64,000 bases of DNA, from the NCBI GenBank assembly GCA_963734885.1, contig CAVTIJ010000004.1, positions 549,957-613,956 of the forward strand. Reading direction: 5' to 3'. Every line of letters begins with the position of its first letter. The stretch's first letter is position 1. The position numbers and the translations under genes are program-made. The notes beneath the pieces are model-generated. The model made no database searches. It saw nothing but the letters and a program-made list of their open reading frames with translations, and was not told the origin of the DNA. Positions 1 through 7,501 of the stretch are shown here, in pieces. The DNA is from an uncultured Bacteroidales bacterium. Lineage in GTDB: Bacteria; Bacteroidota; Bacteroidia; Bacteroidales; VadinHA17.

Positions 1-1360
1 TTGCCACCAGTTTCATGCCAATTCAGAATTCTATTCCAATCACAGTTTGTACAATGTAAAAATAACTCTGCCAGTAAAATACGTTGTCGGGACATGTGGA
101 ATGTTAATTGCCGAATCTGATACAACAGGTGGAATCAAAACAAAGACTCTTTCTTACCGGGCGGAAGATATTGTGGATTTTGCCTGGACTGCCTGGCCGG
201 GTTACAATGTGTTCACTGATCAGTGGAAAAATGTTAAAATTAAACTTCTTATACCCGGTGAAAGAGCATCACAGGTTAAGCGTCAATTCAACGCTGTAAA
301 AAATGCACTGGAATACTTCGATATGAATGTGGGTCCTTATCCATGGCCATATCTTACCATAGTTGATCCTCCTTCAAAGGGAGCACGCTCAGGTGGAATG
401 GAATATACAACAATGTTTACTTCGTTATCATTGTATATGTTGCCGGGCTTTTTTCATTTTCCGGAAATGGTCACAATTCATGAATTCGGGCACGCATATT
501 TTATGGGAATACTTGCAAGTAATGAATTTGAGGAACCATGGCTTGACGAGGGAGTTAATTCATTCTGGGAAGGAAGAATAGTTGACCATTACTATGGAGA
601 AAGTTCAGGAATAATCAATCACCCTTTTTTCAAAATGTCGGACAAAACATTATTGCGAAATTCATATGTCCATGCAAAAGGAAGAGAGCTGGTCAGCAAT
701 AATGAATATTCCTGGAATTATCCCGACGGGACCTATGGAATGATGTCGTATGATAAAACGGCTGCCTGGCTTTTTACCCTTATGGGAATAGTCGGAGAAG
801 AAACTACTAATCAGATCTTTAAGGAATATTATAAAAAGTGGGCATTTAAATACCCTTCAGGCAGGGATTTTGTAAACTCTGTGAATGATGTTGTTACAAA
901 AATCAACGGGAATAAATTCGGACCTGACATGAACTGGTTCTTCAGTCAGACTCTTTATGGCACTGGGTTATGCGATTATAAAGTAGTGAATATCATAAAC
1001 AAAACAGATGCGATTGCTAATGACTCAATCAGAAAAGAAGGAGATAAAAAATATTACAGATCTGTTGCTGAACTCGAAAGAGCAGGAGAAGTAATGCTTC
1101 CTGTTGATGTTCTTGTGCATTTTAATAATGGGGAGGAAATTTTGGAACAGTGGGACGGGAAAAGCAGATTTAAAAATTTTGAGTATACCGGATTGAGACA
1201 AATCGAATGGGTTAAAATAGATCCTGATTTTAAGATTGCAATGGATGTAAATTATAATAATAATTCAATGACAGTGAATTTTGATGATATCCCCTTGCGC
1301 AAATTCACGAATAAGCTCATTTCATTTCTCCAGTTTTTTATCAGTTTTATTTCACTCTAA
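1..1360 (+). CDS. M1-family zinc metallopeptidase (aminopeptidase N-like), 5' end outside window
   Basis: The frame is open from nt 2, with no stop before the listed TTG at 47. Gluzincin signature HEFGH-x18-E lies inside VTIHEFGHAYFMGILASNEFEEPWLDEG. Confidence 0.8.
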   Translation, partial: CHQFHANSEFYSNHSLYNVKITLPVKYVVGTCGMLIAESDTTGGIKTKTLSYRAEDIVDFAWTAWPGYNVFTDQWKNVKIKLLIPGERASQVKRQFNAVKNALEYFDMNVGPYPWPYLTIVDPPSKGARSGGMEYTTMFTSLSLYMLPGFFHFPEMVTIHEFGHAYFMGILASNEFEEPWLDEGVNSFWEGRIVDHYYGESSGIINHPFFKMSDKTLLRNSYVHAKGRELVSNNEYSWNYPDGTYGMMSYDKTAAWLFTLMGIVGEETTNQIFKEYYKKWAFKYPSGRDFVNSVNDVVTKINGNKFGPDMNWFFSQTLYGTGLCDYKVVNIINKTDAIANDSIRKEGDKKYYRSVAELERAGEVMLPVDVLVHFNNGEEILEQWDGKSRFKNFEYTGLRQIEWVKIDPDFKIAMDVNYNNNSMTVNFDDIPLRKFTNKLISFLQFFISFISL

Positions 1361-1367
1361 ATTGACA

Positions 1368-2246
1368 ATGAAGATTATAAAAGCTATAAAAGACGGGATC
1401 ATTCGTTCTGCCGGATCATGGAAAGGCATACTAATTGTCTGGTTTGTATCCCTCGTTATGGTTAGCCTGATAGCGCTTCCAATGAAAGCTTCATTGCAGA
1501 ACAGTCTGGGCGGAAGCATGGTTACTGAAAAATTGCGTAGCGGAATAAGCATGGATGTCTTTGCGGACCTTGGATCTGGCTTCAGGAATCTGATTTCGTA
1601 TTTTTCAAAGGGTTTATTCATGATCATGCTCGCAGGATTTTTGATTAATTCTTTTTTCTCAGGTGGATTATTTTTCTGTTTGAAAGCTGACCGTGGATGC
1701 TTCTCATCAAATGAATTTTTTAAATCTTCTTCCAGAAATTTTTGGTCATTTCTCTCAATCTCCATGATAATGAGCTTTATCGTTATCATGCTTGCAATTC
1801 TCGTTGTTATCATACCTGTTATAATTATTAGTCAGGAGAAGGGAATTTCCGATTATATTGTTTTTGGTACAGGTGTGATACTGACCTCTGTCTTTCTATT
1901 CATTTTAGTAATTATGTTACTTGTGACTGATTATGGGAGAGCCTGGCAGATTATTCATGATAAAAATGCTCCATTCGGAGCAGTAGGTTTCGGATTCAGA
2001 CAGACATTCAGAACATTTTTTTCGTCATATCCTTTGATGCTCATCTTATTTATTATTCAGGGAGTTTACACCTGGATGGTAATAAGCATTATAGGATATC
2101 TAAAACCCGGAAACTTTAGTGGCATTATCTTATTATTCCTTCTCTCTCAGATTCTCTATGTAATCAAAGTTTTTCTAAAAACCTGCAGGTACGGGAGTGT
2201 GACGAGGATGATGGAGATAAGTGTTGAAAAAGTTGAAATCAATTAA
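1368..2246 (+). CDS. polytopic membrane protein, function unknown
   Basis: ORF 1281..2246. The ATG at 1368 (MKIIKAIKDG...) avoids overlap with the upstream CDS. Several long hydrophobic stretches are present (ILIVWFVSLVMVSLIAL, IMSFIVIMLAILVVIIPVIII, VILTSVFLFILVIMLLV, LMLILFIIQGVYTWMVISIIG). Confidence 0.6.
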   Translation: MKIIKAIKDGIIRSAGSWKGILIVWFVSLVMVSLIALPMKASLQNSLGGSMVTEKLRSGISMDVFADLGSGFRNLISYFSKGLFMIMLAGFLINSFFSGGLFFCLKADRGCFSSNEFFKSSSRNFWSFLSISMIMSFIVIMLAILVVIIPVIIISQEKGISDYIVFGTGVILTSVFLFILVIMLLVTDYGRAWQIIHDKNAPFGAVGFGFRQTFRTFFSSYPLMLILFIIQGVYTWMVISIIGYLKPGNFSGIILLFLLSQILYVIKVFLKTCRYGSVTRMMEISVEKVEIN

Positions 2247-2403
2247 CCACAAAGGGGGCCGGCGTTAAGACATAGCCCTGTGGGCTGTTTTAGCGAAGGA
2301 GCCAGAATGCCGCGTCAGCGCTTTTCACAATGGACACAAAGGTCTATATTATAGTGTTTTAGCTTTGTGCCATTTGTGCCTTCTTTCTGACCTTTGTGGT
2401 TAA
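2243..2403. repeat. intergenic palindromic element, CACAAAGG family (copy A1)
   Basis: A perfect 13-nt terminal inverted repeat, TTAACCACAAAGG (2243-2255) and CCTTTGTGGTTAA (2391-2403). Inner words are cacaatggacacaaagg and ctttgtgccatttgtg. A GC-rich 68-nt core sits at 2254-2321. Confidence 0.75.
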
Positions 2404-2545
2404 AGATCTTTTTTTAATAGCCCCTAGGAAGGAGGTCTTATGATTCAAATTTATTCAATTAATTTTTCGTATTTCTTAAAAATATGTAAATTGATAGTTG
2501 ATATTTGATTAATTTCTAGTCATTTTACTCAAAAACCTCTTAGAA

Positions 2546-2884
2546 ATGGAAAAGATCATTTCATGCTGCGGACTAAACTGTGCAACTTGTGAAGCAAGAA
2601 TTGCCACGCTTAAAAACGATGATGTCCTCAGAAAAGCCACTGCTGAAAAATGGAAAGTTTATTATAATGTTCCTGAAATGTCTCCCGACATGATTAATTG
2701 TACCGGGTGCAGGGAAGAAGGAGTAAAAATAGGTCATTGGGGTATGTGTCAGATAAGACTTTGTGCAACTGAAAAAGGTTTCAGTACCTGCGGTGAATGC
2801 AAAGAAATAAGTACATGCAGTTTGATTGCGCCGATTCACAAAAGCATGCCTGACGCACTTTCTAATTTACAGGAATTAAACTGA
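2546..2884 (+). CDS. Cys-rich DUF3795-like protein
   Basis: The N-terminus CCGLNCATCEARIA plus later CTGC, C..RLC and CGEC spacing matches my recollection of the DUF3795 family. This is unverified. Confidence 0.6.
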   Translation: MEKIISCCGLNCATCEARIATLKNDDVLRKATAEKWKVYYNVPEMSPDMINCTGCREEGVKIGHWGMCQIRLCATEKGFSTCGECKEISTCSLIAPIHKSMPDALSNLQELN

Positions 2885-2893
2885 ACATTTAAT

Positions 2894-2968
2894 TTTTCCG
2901 CAGATCTCGCAGATTTTCGCAGATAAGAAAATCAGGATCTGCGTTTATCTTTGCAATCTACGGAGAAC
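2894..2968. repeat. intergenic palindromic element, CGCAGAT/ATCTGCG family (copy B1)
   Basis: Three direct words (ccgcagat, ctcgcagat, tttcgcagat) are followed by three degenerate inverted words (atctgcg, atctttgca, atctacgg). Confidence 0.7.
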
Positions 2969-3022
2969 AAAAAGCCGGAATTCATGAAAGTATTGATTAA
3001 TATACCATAAATACCTGAAATT

Positions 3023-3454
3023 ATGTCAGAAACTGATTCCATCCTCCTGACCGACAGGAACATCTATCCTACAGATGATTATATCTTTTCAATTATCGGT
3101 GAAAAGAAAGTTCTGTGGCAAAAAATCATGAGCCACATGAGCGTTAGTTACAAAGATTCCGATGGCCAATGGAATTTTTATAATGATGGCAAAAGGTGGC
3201 TGTTCAAAATGGTATATAAAAAGAAGACTGTTTTTTGGGCTACTATACTGGAAGGTACATTCAAGGTTACCTTTTATTTCAGTAAAAAAGCTGATACTCT
3301 GATTGAAAACAGCGATCTCCCATTAAAGATAAAAGAAGAATTTAAAACTGCAAAAAGTTATGGTCTTATCAGACCTATTTCTTTTGTTGTGAAGGATAGT
3401 ACTGACGTGGATAATGTATTTAAATTAGCAGAGATAAAAAGCAAATTAAAATAA
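3023..3454 (+). CDS. small cytoplasmic protein, DUF3788-like (recollection only)
   Basis: A 143-aa ORF with no signal peptide or TM segment, in the same orientation as its neighbours. The family call is unverified. Confidence 0.5.
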   Translation: MSETDSILLTDRNIYPTDDYIFSIIGEKKVLWQKIMSHMSVSYKDSDGQWNFYNDGKRWLFKMVYKKKTVFWATILEGTFKVTFYFSKKADTLIENSDLPLKIKEEFKTAKSYGLIRPISFVVKDSTDVDNVFKLAEIKSKLK

Positions 3455-3487
3455 AAACTCCGGGGTGTTTAAGAAATCGAAATCCTT

Positions 3488-3611
3488 TAACCGCAAAGAT
3501 CACAAGGTAGTACACAAAGGCCACAAAGGTTGACATGTAACCTTGTGCCCTTTGTTCCTTTTCAACCAACAAAACTTAAGCGAAGATGGTCTTTGTATCT
3601 TTGTGGTTTAA
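3488..3611. repeat. intergenic palindromic element, CACAAAGG family (copy A2)
   Basis: Ends are TTAACCGCAAAGAT (3488-3501) and ATCTTTGTGGTTTAA (3597-3611). The inner arm is cacaaggtagtacacaaaggccacaaaggtt, with the reverse words aaccttgtgccctttgt. Confidence 0.75.
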
Positions 3612-3624
3612 AAAATAATTTCTA

Positions 3625-4212
3625 ATGAAAAAACTCTTTTTGATTTTAATTTTATTTCCCCAGGCTTTAATGTTTTCCCAGAATCTGGATATCAGAATAC
3701 TGCGTTCAATAAATTCCCCAAAAACTCTTTCTTCAGATAATTTTTTCAGATTTGTTTCTAATTCCGATGCCTTTATAGTAGTTGGTACTCCAGTCATAAT
3801 GGGGACAGTGGGATTGATGAATCATGACAAAAACCTTTTCCGGAATGCTGAAGTCCTTGTTGGAGCTGATGTATTGAATGCAGGTATTACAACTTTACTT
3901 AAATACACCGTAAATCGTAAGAGACCTTTTATAACTTATCCTGATATTGCGAAGAAATCAAAAGGGGGATCACCTTCATTTCCTTCGGGTCATACTTCAA
4001 GTGCCTTTGCTACAGCGACTTCGATAAGTCTTTCGTATCCCAAATGGTATATAATCACACCGTTATATCTTTGGGCCGGTACTGTCGGATACTCCCGCAT
4101 GGATCTTGGGGTTCATTACCCGTCTGATGTTCTTGCCGGAGCGTTGATAGGCTCCGGCAGCGCCTGGCTTACCTGGTATGTGAATAAGAAAATAGTCGCC
4201 AGGAAACACTAG
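3625..4212 (+). CDS. PAP2-superfamily phosphatase (membrane-associated)
   Basis: Signal/TM segment MKKLFLILILFPQALMFS. The three PAP2 motifs are present: KxxxxxxRP (KYTVNRKRPF), PSGH (FPSGHTS) and SRxxxxxHxxxD (SRMDLGVHYPSD). Confidence 0.85.
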   Translation: MKKLFLILILFPQALMFSQNLDIRILRSINSPKTLSSDNFFRFVSNSDAFIVVGTPVIMGTVGLMNHDKNLFRNAEVLVGADVLNAGITTLLKYTVNRKRPFITYPDIAKKSKGGSPSFPSGHTSSAFATATSISLSYPKWYIITPLYLWAGTVGYSRMDLGVHYPSDVLAGALIGSGSAWLTWYVNKKIVARKH

Positions 4213-4220
4213 AGGTTTGT

Positions 4221-4250
4221 GCCTTAGCGCCTTTACGCCTTTACGCCTCC
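4221..4250. repeat. short word-stutter repeat (GCCTTAGCGCC TTTACGCC TTTACGCC)
   Basis: Directly visible tandem 8-nt words immediately after the PAP2 stop codon. Confidence 0.6.
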
Positions 4251-4314
4251 CTATACGTATTTATACCCCTCATAAATAGGCTTTAAGCTACTTTCCTCTT
4301 TTTTCAATTGGATA

Positions 4315-4322
4315 TACCTTTG
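4315..4322 (+). promoter_or_regulatory. candidate Bacteroides-type -7 promoter element (TACCTTTG)
   Basis: Matches TAnnTTTG and lies 29 nt upstream of the ATG at 4351. No clear -33 TTTG was found. Confidence 0.3.
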
Positions 4323-4350
4323 TTTTTAAGTTGACTACCAACACAGATCG

Positions 4351-5064
4351 ATGGAAAAACTGTACGATTTACTATTGAAAGATATAAGATTTGAGGAAGG
4401 AATGAATTCCTGTATGAATTGCGGAGTATGTACCGCAATATGTCCTGCTGCTGAATACTATGATTATGATCCAAGAAAGGTTGTTGATGCTGTTCAGTCA
4501 AAGGATGAAGATGTTATAAGAGACCTTCTTAAATCTGAAACAATCTGGTATTGTGGGGAATGCATGTCGTGTAAAACAAGATGTCCCCGTGGCAATACTC
4601 CGGGTTTCATTATAATGGCTCTCAGAACTCTTTCGCAGGAACTGGGATTTTTCATTGAATCTGAAAAAGGCCGTCAGCAATTTGCCATAAAAAGGACTGT
4701 TGGTGAGAATATTTTCAAGTATGGTTATTGTGCAGCAACTTATGCAGTTAATCCAAAAATGCATCCCGAGCAAGGTCCGATATGGGAATATATTCTTGAA
4801 AATTCTGATGATGTCTTCGAAAGGTTAGGTGGTCAGATTAATGGGATCGGAACTGGTCCGCTGAGAAAGATTCCCCAGGACGCATTGGATGAGTTGAAAA
4901 GAATTTTTGATGTCACCGGAGGAACTGAATTTTTCGGAATTATTGAAGATCATTCAAGAAGAAAAGCATCAGAGTTGGGTATCCAATTCAGTAATGAAGG
5001 AACTGAGAATGATTATTTCGTGGAAATATTTACTGCGAATAACGGCACTCATAATTCACATTAG
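4351..5064 (+). CDS. HdrC-like 2x[4Fe-4S] ferredoxin subunit
   Basis: Two cluster motifs, CMNCGVCTAICP and CGECMSCKTRCPRG, and first position in a coupled operon with HdrB-like and HdrA-like genes. Confidence 0.75.
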   Translation: MEKLYDLLLKDIRFEEGMNSCMNCGVCTAICPAAEYYDYDPRKVVDAVQSKDEDVIRDLLKSETIWYCGECMSCKTRCPRGNTPGFIIMALRTLSQELGFFIESEKGRQQFAIKRTVGENIFKYGYCAATYAVNPKMHPEQGPIWEYILENSDDVFERLGGQINGIGTGPLRKIPQDALDELKRIFDVTGGTEFFGIIEDHSRRKASELGIQFSNEGTENDYFVEIFTANNGTHNSH

Positions 5065-5081
5065 GAGTAATTCATACTTAG

Positions 5082-6143
5082 ATGGATAAAGAAGGGAAAA
5101 AAAGAATCTGGGCTGACTATCAGAAAGAGATAGCGGATGATCATTTTTTTTATGTAAGGTCGTGTATTCGACAGAGCTTCTTCCCAGGTTCAGAGCAATT
5201 TTTCCTTCATCTTATGCGGAATATCCTTGGCAAAGATGTATACGAAAACCCCGGCCACACAACCTGTACAGGAATAGGTTATCACAGCGATATAGTTCCA
5301 TCAGCCACTATTATGACCGTTATTGCAAGGCATTTCGCTTTGATGAAAGAATCAGGATATAAAAATATTGCCATCTCATGTGTTACATCTTTTGGACTTT
5401 ATACTGAAATACTCGAGACCTGGAAACATTTTCCAAAGGAACTTGAAAAGACACGTGAATATCTCTTCAAGGCAACTGGGAGAGAATTTGATCTTCCGGA
5501 AAACATAGCTCATTCGAGTGATATTATATACAAGTTCAGGAATGAAATAGCATCAAAAGCCAAAAATTTCCTGATTAACAAAAGAACCGGAAAGCCATTA
5601 AACGTTGTTGAACATATTGGCTGTCATTATGCAAAGATGTTTCCCAAATCGGGAATGGGAGGCGCCGAATTTCCGAACGTACTGAGTGGAATGGTTGATT
5701 CATGGGGCGGTAAAGTTATTGATTACCCGGAGCGAAGGCACTGTTGCGGATTTGGTTTCAGGCAATACCTGGTACAGGCGAACAGGGGATATTCTGTTTC
5801 TAACACGTCAAAAAAGTTTTCGTCGATGCAACCTTACAAACCTGATTTTGTGCTAACTAATTGTCCTGGTTGTAATATGTTCATGGATAAATGGCAGTAC
5901 ACTATTAAAGAATTGGATGGTACAACATTTGGTGAGAACGGAGAATCAATACCTGTCCTTACTTATGAGGAACTCGCCGGGCTTGTACTCGGATACAATC
6001 CCTGGAACCTTGGTCTGCAATATCATATGGTTCAATCTGAACCTTTACTTGAAAAACTGGGAATTGAATATGACAGGGCAGATAAGTATAAGACGAAAAA
6101 TGGCAGGCAGATGCCGATACCTGAAAATCTTATAAATTGTTGA
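5082..6143 (+). CDS. HdrB-like CCG-domain subunit
   Basis: Cys-rich CCG-type motifs HIGCHYAKM, RRHCCGFGFRQ and TNCPGCNMF. It starts 17 nt after the HdrC-like stop. Confidence 0.75.
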   Translation: MDKEGKKRIWADYQKEIADDHFFYVRSCIRQSFFPGSEQFFLHLMRNILGKDVYENPGHTTCTGIGYHSDIVPSATIMTVIARHFALMKESGYKNIAISCVTSFGLYTEILETWKHFPKELEKTREYLFKATGREFDLPENIAHSSDIIYKFRNEIASKAKNFLINKRTGKPLNVVEHIGCHYAKMFPKSGMGGAEFPNVLSGMVDSWGGKVIDYPERRHCCGFGFRQYLVQANRGYSVSNTSKKFSSMQPYKPDFVLTNCPGCNMFMDKWQYTIKELDGTTFGENGESIPVLTYEELAGLVLGYNPWNLGLQYHMVQSEPLLEKLGIEYDRADKYKTKNGRQMPIPENLINC

Positions 6144-6147
6144 TTAA

Positions 6148-7173
6148 ATGGGCAAACGTGTAATAGTAATAGGAGGAGGAGTTGCCGGACTTGAGGTTGC
6201 AGGACAATTATCGAACAGAGGAATTGAAGTAAGCGTAATCGAGAAGGAAGTCAAAACGGGCGGGCATTTAAATAAATGGTATAAGCTTTTTCCGGATAGA
6301 AGGAATAGTTCAGAGGTAAAAAGCTACCTGGAGAAAATAATTCAAAATTATCGCATTAAGTTACTGACAAACACATCGGTTGAAAAATTCAGAAAGGGGA
6401 GGGGTCATTTTACAGTCACAACCAATAATGGCGAAGAGCTCACAGCTGATGCCGTAATAGTTGCAACAGGATTTGATCTGTTTAAAAGCGAAAGGAAAGA
6501 GGAGTATGGATATGGCATTTATGATAATGTTATAACATCTGCTGATCTTGAGGAGAAGTTCAGGAAAGGAGAAATTATATTGAAGAATGGCACTGTTCCT
6601 GAAACAATCGGTATAATTCATTGTGTAGGCTCACGCGATGAAAAAGTCGGGAATTTTTATTGTTCCAAATTATGTTGTGTCACAGCAGTCAAACAGGCAA
6701 TTGAAATCAGAGAGTTTTTGCCTGATTCAAAAGTATTCTGTTTTTATATGGATATGAGAATGGGAGGAGCTTTTTATGAAGAGCTTTACAGGGAAGCTCA
6801 GGAAAAATGGGGAGTAAGTTTTATCAGAGGAAAAGTTTCTGAAGCATCGGAGACAATTGATAACAAGCTTTTAATTAAAGTTGAAGATACACTCGCCGGG
6901 CGACCGCTTAAAATGAAACTCGATATGCTCGTTCTGATGGCTGGAATGGAAATGTCAGAAACGGGTGCGAAATTTGCGGATATGACCGGATTGGCAAGAG
7001 GAGAAAACAGATTTTTCTCAGCTGCAGATAATCATACAGGAAGTAACAGAAGCAATATCGAAGGGATATTTTATGCCGGTACCTGTACTGCACCAATGAA
7101 TATAACAGAAACTATTTCACACGCACGGGCAGCAGTTGTTGAAGTAATTGATTACCTGAATGACAGTAAATAA
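6148..7173 (+). CDS. short-form HdrA-like FAD/Fe-S oxidoreductase
   Basis: Rossmann motif VIVIGGGVAGLE and the HdrA-type cluster motif HCVGSRDEKVGNFYCSKLCC. It starts 4 nt after the HdrB-like stop. Confidence 0.75.
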   Translation: MGKRVIVIGGGVAGLEVAGQLSNRGIEVSVIEKEVKTGGHLNKWYKLFPDRRNSSEVKSYLEKIIQNYRIKLLTNTSVEKFRKGRGHFTVTTNNGEELTADAVIVATGFDLFKSERKEEYGYGIYDNVITSADLEEKFRKGEIILKNGTVPETIGIIHCVGSRDEKVGNFYCSKLCCVTAVKQAIEIREFLPDSKVFCFYMDMRMGGAFYEELYREAQEKWGVSFIRGKVSEASETIDNKLLIKVEDTLAGRPLKMKLDMLVLMAGMEMSETGAKFADMTGLARGENRFFSAADNHTGSNRSNIEGIFYAGTCTAPMNITETISHARAAVVEVIDYLNDSK

Positions 7174-7501
7174 AAATAAATTCGGTTTTAACATTTCGCG
7201 GGGGCGTCAGATAGATTATGAAGCCAATAATCGTGAAATAGCTGAATATTTATTTGAAAAAGAACCCAGCATAAGAAGATGCATTGAATGCGGGGGCTGT
7301 TCCGCTACCTGCACCACAGCATCTTTTACGCCTTTCAGTCTGAGGGAATTGATGATACTGATCAAACGCGGTGAAACAAAGGAGGTATATGAGAATCTGA
7401 AAAAGTGTATGCTCTGCGGTAAATGCACGTTGGTATGTCCGAGAGGAGTAAATACCAGAAATATTATCGTTCTGGCCAAAAAAGCATTTCCAAAAAACTG
7501 A
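7160..7501 (+). CDS. second HdrC-like 2x[4Fe-4S] ferredoxin (113 aa)
   Basis: Motifs CIECGGCSATC and CMLCGKCTLVCPRG. It overlaps the hdrA-like end by 14 nt. Confidence 0.7.
   Translation: MTVNKNKFGFNISRGRQIDYEANNREIAEYLFEKEPSIRRCIECGGCSATCTTASFTPFSLRELMILIKRGETKEVYENLKKCMLCGKCTLVCPRGVNTRNIIVLAKKAFPKN

Noticed and set aside
1281-1367. The upstream extension of the membrane-protein ORF, overlapping the M1 peptidase end.
   Set aside because: It overlaps the peptidase CDS by 80 nt. The ATG at 1368, 8 nt after the peptidase stop, gives a sensible N-terminus. In the same way I preferred 18365 over 18329 for TolC and 28160 over the TTG at 28127.
2440-2508. A 22-codon ORF (MIQIYSINFSYFLKICKLIVDI) preceded by an unusually strong Shine-Dalgarno-like AGGAAGGAGG.
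   Set aside because: The ORF is too short to support from sequence alone. The SD-to-ATG spacing is only 4 nt, and SD-led initiation is atypical for this kind of genome. It would need conservation or ribosome-profiling evidence.
2243-3611. An integron-like reading: small same-strand genes (DUF3795-like, DUF3788-like) separated by imperfect palindromes whose ends resemble attC cores (CCTAAC...GTTAGG, TTAAC...GTTAA).
   Set aside because: There is no integrase in the window. The same element sits between ordinary housekeeping genes at 21750-21852. The 2894-2968 element lacks any GTT/AAC core. The internal direct word stutter is unlike attC architecture. An attC covariance-model scan (for example IntegronFinder) would settle it. 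For now I treat the elements as REP/terminator-like repeats.
3576-3797. A minus-strand 73-aa ORF spanning the A2 repeat and the PAP2 gene start.
   Set aside because: It overlaps the well-supported PAP2 CDS and a repeat element, and has no features of its own.
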